Origin: a virus
Taxonomy: Duplodnaviria > Caudoviricetes
Virus record (IMG/VR): IMGVR_UViG_3300027801_000030
Location: 1 to 53,379 of that record
Strand: one strand, 5' to 3'
DNA: 53,379 nt
Shown: positions 1 through 10,679 of the stretch, one piece after another
Numbering within the stretch: position 1 is the stretch's first letter
How the letters are laid out: each line of letters starts with the position of its first letter
Translations under genes and position numbers: made by a program
Notes under the pieces: generated by a model
Database searches by the model: none
The model's input: the letters and a program-made list of their open reading frames with translations, nothing else
Told to the model about the DNA's origin: nothing

Positions 1-1
1 C

Positions 2-250
2 AAATATAGTCGAATGAGATGTTTGTGTGCCTCGCTCGTTGTATAATGCGGCGCCGCCGTATCCACCTGGGTTGTCTGGTCTTGCTGGTAAAACTATCTC
101 TATTAATGAGACTTCTTGTGTTGGATCGGAATCTGTTTCTACAACTGTTGCTCCAACAACAACAACTTCTTCTATCTCGTCTGCCCAAACATTTGTTGGG
201 ACGCCTATCACTATTAGTATACTTAGTGCGGTCAATAATATTTTTTTCAT
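2..250 (-). CDS. TonB-dependent receptor-like protein, N-terminal part (runs off the window edge; not in the ORF track)
   Basis: Manual translation from ATG at 250: MKKILLTALSILIVIGVPTNVWA|DEIEEVVVVGATVVETDSDPTQEVSLIEIVLPARPDNPGGYGGAALYNERGTQTSHSTIF. Signal peptide, TonB-box-like EEVVVVG and plug-like GG..G.....RG...H motif. SD AAGAGGAAAG at 251-260. Confidence 0.7.
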   Translation of the reverse strand, partial: MKKILLTALSILIVIGVPTNVWADEIEEVVVVGATVVETDSDPTQEVSLIEIVLPARPDNPGGYGGAALYNERGTQTSHSTIF

Positions 251-277
251 CTTTCCTCTTTAGTTAATGTTAATAAT

Positions 278-309
278 AAAAGGAACACTAGCATAATTGC
301 TAGTGCTCC
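278..309 (-). terminator. Rho-independent terminator
   Basis: Minus strand GGAGCACTAGCA-ATTA-TGCTAGTGTTCC followed by TTTT, downstream of the AAA ATPase gene. Confidence 0.7.
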
Positions 310-338
310 AGTCGAGTTATAAGTTTAGTGTGGGAGAA

Positions 339-1373
339 CTAAAAATCTACAACTCTTTTCATACAGGTGGTAGTTGCTAAGTCCTTCCAAGTGTCCGGGG
401 ACATTTGTTTTAAATCAGAAACCTTAAGTACCATCCTTAATGAAATCTCTCTCAATCTAGTCTGCTTGTCGACCATAAAGTCTACAACTTCTTTATTCCC
501 TTCATCACCAAAGTTGTATTCATCAAGCATACCATCTCTAACAATTTGATTGATTCTTAAAAATCTATCATTAACACTACCCATTTCTAGATCAATGTAA
601 TGACACCTGGACATAAGAGCCGCTAAGTGATCTTTAATCTTCTTGCTACGAACGTTTTCAAAATCAACGTTAGTAATAAAGATACAACCACCTTTAAACT
701 CAAATCTATCAGGAATCCCTTCTCTACGAAGTGCTTGTGATTCTGCCTTCCAACTAATAGTTCTTTTCTTGCCTGAGTCAAGTACTGCTTTCAACATGTT
801 CAAGCAAACTTCATCAAACAACACACTATCACAGTCATCAAATACAAGTATGTTACCTGCGGCTGAATTGTTATATAGTGTCTGGAACAAACCAATTGGT
901 GTCATAGACCCTTTAACAATTTCTGTTCTCGGTGCTTGGTTAGAGAGTTTTGTCATCATGTCATACTCTTCCAACACTTTTTCTACACCAAAACTTTTAC
1001 CAACTCCTGGAGGACCACTAACAATAAGTCCGCGGACTACACCGTTAGCAACTGCATCAGTCATTTGGTCTAAAATCTCAAACCTTTTTGCAATACGGTC
1101 AAGTGCTTCTTCGTCTGTTTCAGCAACTACTTCTTCAGCAACTACTTCATCAGCAACTACTTCATCAGCTGGAACGTAACTTACGTCATTCTCTGATTCA
1201 ATTAAAACGCGGATTGCTTTTTTACTTGGATCAAGAATTTTGCTGGCATCAACTGTTACGAACATGCCTTTCTTGCCATACTGTATTGGTTTAACCAAAG
1301 GAAATACAGTATCCATAATTGGAGCGTTTCTGTATGTACCTTGGAATATTCTTACTTTATTTGTGTTTGTCAT
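339..1373 (-). CDS. AAA+ family P-loop ATPase (phage conserved, function unknown)
   Basis: Walker A GPPGVGKS, Walker B ILVFDDCD, sensor-like FITN, Arg finger ALMSR. Start moved to MTNTNK (1373) because of SD GGAGG. Confidence 0.8.
   Translation of the reverse strand: MTNTNKVRIFQGTYRNAPIMDTVFPLVKPIQYGKKGMFVTVDASKILDPSKKAIRVLIESENDVSYVPADEVVADEVVAEEVVAETDEEALDRIAKRFEILDQMTDAVANGVVRGLIVSGPPGVGKSFGVEKVLEEYDMMTKLSNQAPRTEIVKGSMTPIGLFQTLYNNSAAGNILVFDDCDSVLFDEVCLNMLKAVLDSGKKRTISWKAESQALRREGIPDRFEFKGGCIFITNVDFENVRSKKIKDHLAALMSRCHYIDLEMGSVNDRFLRINQIVRDGMLDEYNFGDEGNKEVVDFMVDKQTRLREISLRMVLKVSDLKQMSPDTWKDLATTTCMKRVVDF
1120..1169. repeat. 15-bp tandem repeat x3 coding an acidic linker (ADEVV/AEEVV)
   Basis: tcagcaactacttc(t/a) repeated three times. 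Confidence 0.9.
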
Positions 1374-1410
1374 ATTTGCCTCCCACAGCAATTATTTAAT
1401 TTACTAGTAT

Positions 1411-1438
1411 ATTATAACATCGATTTACTATTTGTCAA
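1411..1438 (-). promoter_or_regulatory. sigma70-type (early) promoter
   Basis: ggTTGACA-16nt-TATAAT with perfect hexamers and TG just upstream of -10. Confidence 0.8.
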
Positions 1439-1489
1439 CCATTCAGTTGAACTAGTTAAAATCTTTGTTTAATTCCTAACTATCCAACT

Positions 1490-1517
1490 ATTATAGCAAG
1501 AATCTAGTATTTGTCAA
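1490..1517 (-). promoter_or_regulatory. sigma70-type (early) promoter, tandem with 1411-1438
   Basis: ggTTGACA-16nt-TATAAT with extended -10 TG. The -35 overlaps the acpS stop codon. Confidence 0.8.
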
Positions 1518-1894
1518 CCGGTTTCTAGTACTACAGTTGCTAAAGAGTGCATATTTGTGTCTGAAATAGTGACATGAGTGCTAGTAATTTGCTCATTTTC
1601 CATCAATTCTTTGAGCTTTCCTAGGGGTGTTAGCACGGGTTTTCCTAGTGAATCTCTATGTATTTCCATGTTTGTAAAGATAACTTCGTTCCTAATACCA
1701 GTGCCAAATGCCTTAGAGATTGCTTCTTTGCATACATATTGATTTGCTAAGTATTTGATTGCTTTAGATTCTGACAGATTTTTAAACACATCATACTCAT
1801 ATGCTGTTAGCACTTTTAATGCTAAGTTAGTGCTTCGTTTGTAATCACTTAGTCTACTAATCTCTAAGATGTCGTTTCCGATACCATAAATCAT
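1514..1894 (-). CDS. acpS: holo-[acyl-carrier-protein] synthase (4'-phosphopantetheinyl transferase)
   Basis: MIYGIGNDILEISR, KEAISKAFGTGI, GKP, VTISDT motifs; 126 aa is typical AcpS size. Confidence 0.9.
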   Translation of the reverse strand: MIYGIGNDILEISRLSDYKRSTNLALKVLTAYEYDVFKNLSESKAIKYLANQYVCKEAISKAFGTGIRNEVIFTNMEIHRDSLGKPVLTPLGKLKELMENEQITSTHVTISDTNMHSLATVVLETG

Positions 1895-1900
1895 ATAATA

Positions 1901-2362
1901 TTACTCAATAACAATGTCTTCCATACCTGCTGTTCGCAGTCTGGTAATGTGTCCAATTTGCCATTGCTTGACATCTAGGCCTTTCATAATACCGAGGTAT
2001 TGATTACGCAATAGGCTAAATTGATTAGTAAGGTGTGTTAGGTCAATTACATCTTGTTCACTGTCAACAAACTTTTCAGCATCTCTACTGGATAACGCTC
2101 TATTGTAACTTTCTAAATACTTACGGAATGTAATAGAACGTACTTTACGAAGTTCTATGTTAAGGTGTTCGAGGATCGCTTCGATCTCTTGTAACTGATT
2201 AAAGCGATACTCGGTAAGTCCAGGAAGGGAGGAACTAGCTTTTTCTAGGCTCCCTTTGATCCTGCACTCGAACCTGGCTTCTGATAGTTCTTTTTCAAAA
2301 TAAGTAATACTGTCAACAATACTACCTAAATCTCCAACAACTTTATTATACCATGTAGCCAT
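1901..2362 (-). CDS. uvsY: UvsY-like recombination mediator
   Basis: 153-aa helical protein near uvsX and gp32, with C-terminal IMKGLDVKQWQI..ITRLR pattern seen in UvsY-like proteins. Confidence 0.65.
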   Translation of the reverse strand: MATWYNKVVGDLGSIVDSITYFEKELSEARFECRIKGSLEKASSSLPGLTEYRFNQLQEIEAILEHLNIELRKVRSITFRKYLESYNRALSSRDAEKFVDSEQDVIDLTHLTNQFSLLRNQYLGIMKGLDVKQWQIGHITRLRTAGMEDIVIE

Positions 2363-2373
2363 TTCTTTCTTCC

Positions 2374-2610
2374 TTAGTACTCTGCATCGTCTGAGTCATC
2401 ATCTTCGTCGTAACCTTCATCATAAAAGTTAACGATTGCCGCCTTCATTGATTTATCAAACTCATGAGCGTTATCGTTCAGGTCGGACATCTCAATATGC
2501 TCATCGAAAATTCTAAGTAATCTTTCTGCTTCGTGAAGTCGTTCTTTAGCCGCAATATGCGGTCTAACAGAATCCCAAACTTCATGAAGTAATGCTACTT
2601 CAGGACTCAT
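2374..2610 (-). CDS. hypothetical protein with acidic tail
   Basis: ORF overlapping the uvsX stop; start MSPEVA preceded by GGAG. Confidence 0.7.
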   Translation of the reverse strand: MSPEVALLHEVWDSVRPHIAAKERLHEAERLLRIFDEHIEMSDLNDNAHEFDKSMKAAIVNFYDEGYDEDDDSDDAEY

Positions 2611-3706
2611 CGTTATACTCCTCATCAGTTGGTTCTAATACGTCAGGATCAATATCTTCAATTACTTCTTTCTGTGCAATTGGATTCTGTTCCCACTCGT
2701 CTATAACTATTTGAAGTTTCTCATTAGACCAGCCTTTTCTGAACTCTTTAATTTCTTCACCAGTCACTGGTGATGTATATAAAAGTTTGTTGCCAGTCTT
2801 AACGATAATGCCTTTTTGTTCAAGCATTTCTACCATACCACTGTACGGGTCCATTCCTGTTTCATATGGAATCTTAATCTGCACACCTTCAAAAGGTTTG
2901 CTGTATCTAGACTTCACAACTTTACAAGCGGCTCTAATACCTTGTACTGTAGAAACTTTATTACCGTCCTCATCTTCTTTAAGTTTTAGTTTTTTAATTG
3001 CTACTACAATACTTGATGCATATATAAAACCTTGTCCTCCACTGATTTTATCATCAGGGTCAAACATGTCTTGCGATGCATAAGTGTGGTTGGTTGCTAC
3101 AATGCCAATCGGATAAGGGGCAATCTGGTTAACGGTGTTTCTAACTAAAGACGCTAACGCCTTTGGCTTTCTACCCATATCACCTTTCATGTCACCTTTT
3201 TCAAATTGTGCAACGTCTGTTGGTGTAAGTAACATTCCCAAACTATCAATTACAAATAACAACTTAGGCATATCATCATATTCTAGCTCGCCGTAGTTAG
3301 TTTTATAGTCTTTCATAAATTCACTAATTGCTTTAGCAACATCGTCAATCATAGAAACACTAATTTTTAATAGTTTATCTGGGGTTGTTTCTACATCTAA
3401 TGCTTGTAACCATTGTTCATCCAACGCATTCTCAGAGTCAAACAATACTACTTGACATCCTTTCTTTTGTGCATTCCTAACAATGTTACCTGAACATATA
3501 AATGATTTACCAGAACCAGATTCACCTGCAAACACAGTTACTTTACCGAGGGGAATACCCCCGGCAAAGTCTCCACTAATTAAATAGTCTAGAGTGTGGT
3601 TACCGGTGCTGATCCAATCCCTAGGGTCATGGAATCCTGCACTAATACCACTAATGCTTTTAGTTATACCTGTTCTGAACTTAGTTAAGTCAAATGGCTT
3701 CTGCAT
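2600..3706 (-). CDS. uvsX: RecA/UvsX-like recombinase
   Basis: GGIPLGKVTVFAGESGSGKS, FDSENALD, VIDSLG, SGG.G..YASS. Confidence 0.93.
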   Translation of the reverse strand: MQKPFDLTKFRTGITKSISGISAGFHDPRDWISTGNHTLDYLISGDFAGGIPLGKVTVFAGESGSGKSFICSGNIVRNAQKKGCQVVLFDSENALDEQWLQALDVETTPDKLLKISVSMIDDVAKAISEFMKDYKTNYGELEYDDMPKLLFVIDSLGMLLTPTDVAQFEKGDMKGDMGRKPKALASLVRNTVNQIAPYPIGIVATNHTYASQDMFDPDDKISGGQGFIYASSIVVAIKKLKLKEDEDGNKVSTVQGIRAACKVVKSRYSKPFEGVQIKIPYETGMDPYSGMVEMLEQKGIIVKTGNKLLYTSPVTGEEIKEFRKGWSNEKLQIVIDEWEQNPIAQKEVIEDIDPDVLEPTDEEYNDES

Positions 3707-3715
3707 GATAACTCC

Positions 3716-4741
3716 TTAAGATGTTGATCTGTTACGGATCAAGTTCAGGATGTCATCTGCTGATTTTTTACCTTTGTCTTCTACTTCTGCCACTGGTGCC
3801 ACTGTTGCAACTGGTACTGGAGCAGGTGCAGTTTCAACAACAGGTGCTGTTGTTTCCGCTACTGCTGGTGCCGGTGCTGTTACTGGTGCCACTACTGGAG
3901 TAGGTGCAGGTGCTGTTGCTTGAGCTGGAGCACTTGATGCCTGAACTGCTGTTGCAGGAACTTCAACGCCATATGGCTTGTAGAAGTTACCCCATTTTGC
4001 AGGATCATATAACTCACCATCTACTGAAGCCGCAAACATTTCTGCAATTGCGTTGTATCCTTCGGCAGTTGGTTGTGCTGGTAAGTAGTCGCTTAGATTG
4101 AATAAACCATTGGCATCAACAGCCGCTAGTTGCGTTTCATCTAATGAACTATCTTTACGAGCCCAGTTTGATGTTGAATAATCAGCGTATTGCCCTTTAG
4201 TAGTTTTAGTAACTCTAAAGTCACAACCATTAACATAATCAGTTGGAATATTTTCCATATCTGGGTCCATTAATGCGGACTTAATAATGTTAAAGATTTG
4301 TGGTGAAATAACAAATCGTCTAATTGGGTTTTCAGGTGCTTCCTCGTTTAGAGGACTGTCAATAACAAATCCTTGAAAAATATAAGAACGTTTCTTCCAA
4401 TATTTCCTGCCCATATCTTCTAATGAAGAATCCTTAAACCAAGGCCTAACTTCCGTTAGTACTGGACATGTGTCACCGTACATCTCGCCACAAGGGACTT
4501 GTACTGTAACTGGTTTGTTTTCTCCGCCTACTACACCTGGGAAGGTGAGACGAATCATTTGACGTTCAATCCAAAAGAAAGTATTATTTGTATCACTGTC
4601 AGGTAAGAACCTTAGTGTTACATTTGTACCTTCGTCAATATTCCAATGAGGAAATATTGCGTTATCGGATTGCTTGTTGTTGGAACCGGGTTTGGTTTCC
4701 ATTGATGAGAGCTTCGCTCTGATTTCTGCTAATGAGGCCAT
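3716..4741 (-). CDS. gp32: T4 gp32-like single-stranded DNA-binding protein
   Basis: LRFLP, C...YGD.CPV, KYWKKRSY, GCDF....K...YADY..S.W motifs; Ala/Pro linker and C-terminal DDIL. Start MASLAE with SD AGGAG. Confidence 0.9.
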   Translation of the reverse strand: MASLAEIRAKLSSMETKPGSNNKQSDNAIFPHWNIDEGTNVTLRFLPDSDTNNTFFWIERQMIRLTFPGVVGGENKPVTVQVPCGEMYGDTCPVLTEVRPWFKDSSLEDMGRKYWKKRSYIFQGFVIDSPLNEEAPENPIRRFVISPQIFNIIKSALMDPDMENIPTDYVNGCDFRVTKTTKGQYADYSTSNWARKDSSLDETQLAAVDANGLFNLSDYLPAQPTAEGYNAIAEMFAASVDGELYDPAKWGNFYKPYGVEVPATAVQASSAPAQATAPAPTPVVAPVTAPAPAVAETTAPVVETAPAPVPVATVAPVAEVEDKGKKSADDILNLIRNRSTS

Positions 4742-4799
4742 GATGTTTCTCCTATGTTGCCATGTTTGCCATGTTCGCCGCAATATTGCGACTGTTACT

Positions 4800-4828
4800 A
4801 TTATAAATGCCTAGATAAGAAAAGTCAA
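4800..4828 (-). promoter_or_regulatory. sigma70-type promoter for the gp32-uvsX-uvsY-acpS block
   Basis: ggTTGACT-17nt-TATAAT, A-tract upstream. Confidence 0.8.
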
Positions 4829-4880
4829 CCGTTTTTTTAATTTAATATTGACACATTTTTTCTTAACAATAGTATTTAGC

Positions 4881-4908
4881 AAAAAACCCACATAAAGCGG
4901 GTTTTTTT
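4881..4908. terminator. Rho-independent terminator (A/T tracts on both sides)
   Basis: AAAAAACCCAC-ATAAA-GCGGGTTTTTTT. Confidence 0.7.
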
Positions 4909-4931
4909 AGGTCTATAAAAGAATTTACTAT

Positions 4932-5477
4932 TTACTGTACTTGATTAATTGTTGGACCACTAAAGAAAACTTCAATTGTAGCTGTACCAGTTGTTGCGCC
5001 GCCTTGAGTAATTTGTGCTAGTATATCTGTTTCACTAGCGTAAGTATAACCTGAATCTATTTTGTATTGTTCGCCGTCTGCTTGAAAGCCTGAGAACAAT
5101 CTATCTGTGTCGCCTGAGTCACCTACTGTAATTTCTGTTGTCGCATTATAAGAAGACCAGTTAGTAGCTTTTGTAACCATTACATTAAGAATTTTTGTAT
5201 TTGCGGCAACTGAAAACAAAAAGAAATTAGCGCCACTGTTATAATTTACAGTTTCTGTAATTGTTTGCACTTTGCTTGACGTTGCTGTATCCATTTGTAA
5301 TTTAGTTACTGCTTGATCATCCGCTGTACCTGCTAAACAATCTACTGGCGAAAGGCTATTATTTGCATTCTTTAATGATATGTCGCTTGCTGAGCCAACA
5401 ATTTTTTTGCCTGCTTTACCAAGCTCAACTGTTGCACTTACTCCTGCAATACCGTAATTTTTTACTGAATCGACCAT
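4932..5477 (-). CDS. hypothetical virion structural protein
   Basis: Gly/Ala/Thr/Ser-rich beta-type sequence; late promoter motif TATAAATA at 5490-5497 and SD GGAG. Confidence 0.6.
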   Translation of the reverse strand: MVDSVKNYGIAGVSATVELGKAGKKIVGSASDISLKNANNSLSPVDCLAGTADDQAVTKLQMDTATSSKVQTITETVNYNSGANFFLFSVAANTKILNVMVTKATNWSSYNATTEITVGDSGDTDRLFSGFQADGEQYKIDSGYTYASETDILAQITQGGATTGTATIEVFFSGPTINQVQ

Positions 5478-5501
5478 TTTGTCTCCAAATATTTATATTA
5501 G

Positions 5502-7454
5502 TTATAGAATGTCAAATTGTTCTATGAACTGTTCGTATTGATCTTCTACGCTTTCTGCTACACTTACAGGTACTTCATGCTGTTGGTGGGCACCTAATAA
5601 ACAACTTTTGATAGTTGTGTACTCATGTTGTGACATTCTGTCCCCGTTATTGAGCTTCTTGCTAATTCCTGATAAGTAGTTACCTAAATGAGAATTGGTT
5701 ACACTAGTACTCATTTGTCCTACTTGATGTCCTAATTTCGCATATGGTGTTGCAAACTCCATTCCGTCATCTTCAGATAATAAGCTCTTTAGTGATGCAA
5801 ATGTTTCGTTTGTAACTGCCGTATTAATTATGCTTTCAAAACTTGTTCTTCTTGACATTGCTGTTTTAATAGAATCTATTACGTTAGCAACTTTGTTATC
5901 AAAATGTGTTTCAGTAAATTTACTTTCTAGGTCAATGTCATCTTGTAACACTTCTGTATGGGACCTATCTAACACTTGTTCTGTTGCATTAGCATATGAT
6001 TTAACACCTGCTAACTTAGTAAATGATTTTGTTATATAATCAATGTTCTCTACAGCTAATGCCACATAGCTCTCGTTTTCTTCATTTACGAGACCTGACG
6101 TTTTAACATAACGTACAAACTCTCTGAGTTTTCTTTGTTCTGTTGCCATTTCATTAATAGCATTACCAACTGAATCAAACGGCTCTCCGCCATTCTTTAC
6201 ATGTCTTGCCATTGCTCTAGCGGCTTTGAGATTAGTCTCTGCCATTTTAAATCTTTCGTCGCCACGTTGTATAAAGATACTGTGAATATTTCTACTACGT
6301 GATCCTCTAATTTCTTCGTTAACTTCTTTTTTATGTCTTACAATAAGTTTAACGTTGTCTAAGCCTTGATAACTTGTTTTGCTACTGCCTGACATAGAAC
6401 TGAATCCTTCTTTTACGTCTTCAGGTTCTTCAGGACATTCACATCCTGGAACTTTATCAATGTCTAACGTTTCTCCGCCTTTAACTTTACCGCACTTAGG
6501 ACATTTTGTGCCATAATTACTTAACGTAAAATTGCTTTCATCAATATCTGCTTCTTTTGTATTTTTCATATTTTCTTGTCCTTCATATGCCTTATCTTCA
6601 AACATGGAGCCTGGCCAGTTTCTTAAATCGGCTTTAAATGCTTTCAATGCCTCGAATGATTTGTCGCGACTGAGTCCTTGGGTTTGTATTGCTTGAACCA
6701 TTGATTCGTCATCATCAAAATTAGCGAAGAACCAATTTCTTTCTGCTTCACCTAATTGACCCTTTGCCATGTTTATAATAAACGTATAAGCCATTGGGTA
6801 TTTATACGAATGATAACCTGGTAAATCATTTTGAAATTCGTTTAGGTCTGATTCTACTTTAGGATCGTTGCGTAGCTTAGAAATAACTTCACCCGTATTA
6901 CTACATGCCGAACAGCCGTCGCCTTTACACTTAGGACATACTTGTGGATTTCCTCCAACTGGTCTAGTGTGCCTATGTGCTGGGTCGTATTGCTTTTTAT
7001 CTTTGCCAGTACTGTGAGTGCTACTAGTTGTAGGTCGCTTAAATTCTGAAATAGTATCTACTGGTAAACCTGCTAGTTGCTTTAAAGTGTTTAATGCTTC
7101 TAATACGTCGCCCATTGGTTTTTCTGATTTTTGTGCAATGTCTATTGTTTCAGACTTAGGTTTTAGTACCTTGCCAAAAATCTTAAAATCAAAATTCATT
7201 AAATAATCGTTTGCTAAGTGCTTAACTGAATCACGTAAATCGTGGTTGTCAAAGTCTTCTCTAACTCCCATGGATACTGTTTCTGTTGCTTTATCAAGTC
7301 TTACAAGTATATTAGGTTGCTTGATAACAAACCTCGATGCTTCTGTTGGATCAATAACTGTTTCACCAGCGGAATTTAAGCTCAAGATATCATACCCGCT
7401 ACCTGCGAGCAAGTTAAATGCCTTTTCAGCTACTAATTCTATGTTTACAGCCAT
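5502..7454 (-). CDS. probable head/internal protein with Zn-ribbon-like inserts
   Basis: 650 aa next to terminase; CPKC..C..C and CPKC..CEC motifs, LKQLAGL motif, repeated [IVL]-x-E sites; late promoter at 7479-7486. Confidence 0.55.
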   Translation of the reverse strand: MAVNIELVAEKAFNLLAGSGYDILSLNSAGETVIDPTEASRFVIKQPNILVRLDKATETVSMGVREDFDNHDLRDSVKHLANDYLMNFDFKIFGKVLKPKSETIDIAQKSEKPMGDVLEALNTLKQLAGLPVDTISEFKRPTTSSTHSTGKDKKQYDPAHRHTRPVGGNPQVCPKCKGDGCSACSNTGEVISKLRNDPKVESDLNEFQNDLPGYHSYKYPMAYTFIINMAKGQLGEAERNWFFANFDDDESMVQAIQTQGLSRDKSFEALKAFKADLRNWPGSMFEDKAYEGQENMKNTKEADIDESNFTLSNYGTKCPKCGKVKGGETLDIDKVPGCECPEEPEDVKEGFSSMSGSSKTSYQGLDNVKLIVRHKKEVNEEIRGSRSRNIHSIFIQRGDERFKMAETNLKAARAMARHVKNGGEPFDSVGNAINEMATEQRKLREFVRYVKTSGLVNEENESYVALAVENIDYITKSFTKLAGVKSYANATEQVLDRSHTEVLQDDIDLESKFTETHFDNKVANVIDSIKTAMSRRTSFESIINTAVTNETFASLKSLLSEDDGMEFATPYAKLGHQVGQMSTSVTNSHLGNYLSGISKKLNNGDRMSQHEYTTIKSCLLGAHQQHEVPVSVAESVEDQYEQFIEQFDIL

Positions 7455-7492
7455 TTAGAATACTCCTTTATCAAATACTATTTATCAAATAG

Positions 7493-9124
<1,632 letters not shown>

Positions 9125-9141
9125 TTATACGGTAATTGAAT

Positions 9142-9900
9142 TTACTTAAGACGTTGTTGGAGTTTGTCTTTAATAATATTGACTAAAGTTTGCTTTGCAT
9201 CACTCTTGTCGGAAGGTTCTGGATCACCGCATGGTGATTCATCATCACTATCTGGAGAAACAACTACCATTTCATCTTCTGGTGATTCATCATCTGGGCT
9301 AAGTAAGAGCTCTTCTTGTTCTGGCTCATCATTAGCTTCAGGCTCATCATTAGCTGGAGCATTTAAATTAGGAAGTGATAATCCTGCTAGTTGCATGATT
9401 TTTTGTAACTCTTCCATATTGTCTGCACTTGCTTCAATACTTACAGAACCTTTATCAGTATTTTTATGCTGTTTAAATTCTACTGATCCACCTTCTGTAC
9501 TATCTTGAGGTTCTCCGCTAGTAATACCATAAGCATCGCTCATTGCTTCATCAATAGATTCTAATCCTGCTAGTTGCATGATTTTTTGTAGTTCTTCAAC
9601 TGCTTCTTCTACTGTTTCTTCTTTGTCTTCGTCTTTTTTTCCTTTCATTACTCCGACTGCTTTGCTATATCTTCCTTTAGCGTCCTTTATTTTTGCTTTA
9701 TCTTCATCGGTGTCCACATCATCATCTTTCTTGCCGTTCTTTTTATCTTGATATGCTTGTAGTCCTGCAGGTAATTTACCTTCATCTACTGGAGCGTCTG
9801 TAGTAGGCATAACTGGAGTGATTCCGTCAGCTTCGTACATTTCATCAATAATGTTAAGTAACGTCTTACATAAGTCTAGGTCGTTTACTGGATTGCTCAT
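9142..9900 (-). CDS. acidic probable prohead core/internal protein
   Basis: Very acidic, two copies of EELQKIMQLAGL, IDE/VDE/VEE sites, located in the head module. Confidence 0.55.
   Translation of the reverse strand: MSNPVNDLDLCKTLLNIIDEMYEADGITPVMPTTDAPVDEGKLPAGLQAYQDKKNGKKDDDVDTDEDKAKIKDAKGRYSKAVGVMKGKKDEDKEETVEEAVEELQKIMQLAGLESIDEAMSDAYGITSGEPQDSTEGGSVEFKQHKNTDKGSVSIEASADNMEELQKIMQLAGLSLPNLNAPANDEPEANDEPEQEELLLSPDDESPEDEMVVVSPDSDDESPCGDPEPSDKSDAKQTLVNIIKDKLQQRLK
9379..9590. repeat. 29-bp exact direct repeat (9379-9407 and 9562-9590)
   Basis: taatcctgctagttgcatgattttttgta twice, coding LQKIMQLAGL. Confidence 0.9.
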
Positions 9901-10586
9901 TTTATTCCCCCAGACTGATTAATTGTTGTTACTTCTTTAGAATCGGTGCTTTGTCCCATGTTGCCTGCGTTATTAATAGTGTCCCATATAGGTCGTAAAG
10001 TGTCACCCATTAAGTCATCTTTATCAGGATACTGTCTAAAATAGTCTGCACCTTTTTCTGCTTTAATTTTTTCTAGCTCTGCTAAGAACTTAGCATTGTA
10101 TTCTTCACCAAAACCATATTCTCTGCCTAGTAAATCTTCATCAATTTCGTAATGTTCTTGGTCTTCGCTGTTAAGTAGTGCATCGTCTTCGGTAACACTT
10201 CTGTCTTTATCAGCTTCAACCCTTGATTCTGCTTGTTCTGATTGTAATCGTCTCGGATCTTTAACATCATAACATAAAACTCTATCAGCGTCTAAGCCTA
10301 AGTTTACTGCTACCCAAACTTCAAGTATTCTTGCATTAACAGGATACCCAATTATAACATCAGTAGAACAAACTTCTGATATAAGTCTAACACCTTTAGT
10401 GCTTGTGAACTCTACTGGGTTCTCTGAAATGGGTTTACGTTTAAAATCTGCTACGCTTACTACATTATACTTTGCTAAGGCTTTCTCAATAACTGCAATA
10501 TGGTCTGCAGTACAATCAGCCGCAATTTTAATACGGTAAGAGTATTCTTTGTTTAAACTTTCTGCTAAAAAATCTTTAAAGTTCAT
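9897..10586 (-). CDS. hypothetical head-region protein
   Basis: Start MNFKDFLAES (SD AGGAG; late promoter 10610-10617). The FKDFLAE N-terminus resembles T4 capsid-targeting leaders. Confidence 0.6.
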   Translation of the reverse strand: MNFKDFLAESLNKEYSYRIKIAADCTADHIAVIEKALAKYNVVSVADFKRKPISENPVEFTSTKGVRLISEVCSTDVIIGYPVNARILEVWVAVNLGLDADRVLCYDVKDPRRLQSEQAESRVEADKDRSVTEDDALLNSEDQEHYEIDEDLLGREYGFGEEYNAKFLAELEKIKAEKGADYFRQYPDKDDLMGDTLRPIWDTINNAGNMGQSTDSKEVTTINQSGGIK

Positions 10587-10629
10587 GGTTGAAAATCTCC
10601 TGTTACATGTATTTATCATCTGACTCAAG

Positions 10630-10658
10630 AAAAAAGGCACAATAAAATGTGCCTTTTT
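10630..10658. terminator. Rho-independent terminator
   Basis: AAAAAAGGCAC-AATAAAAT-GTGCCTTTTT. Confidence 0.75.
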
Positions 10659-10679
10659 AATTTTGATTGTAACCTAAAC

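Noticed and set aside
19-267. Plus-strand ORFs 19-267 and 27-263
   Set aside because: Shadows of the minus-strand TonB-receptor-like gene, which has an SD, signal peptide and recognisable motifs.
251-338. Cobalamin riboswitch upstream of the TonB receptor
   Set aside because: The intergenic region is under 90 nt, has no B12-box, and is explained by a terminator.
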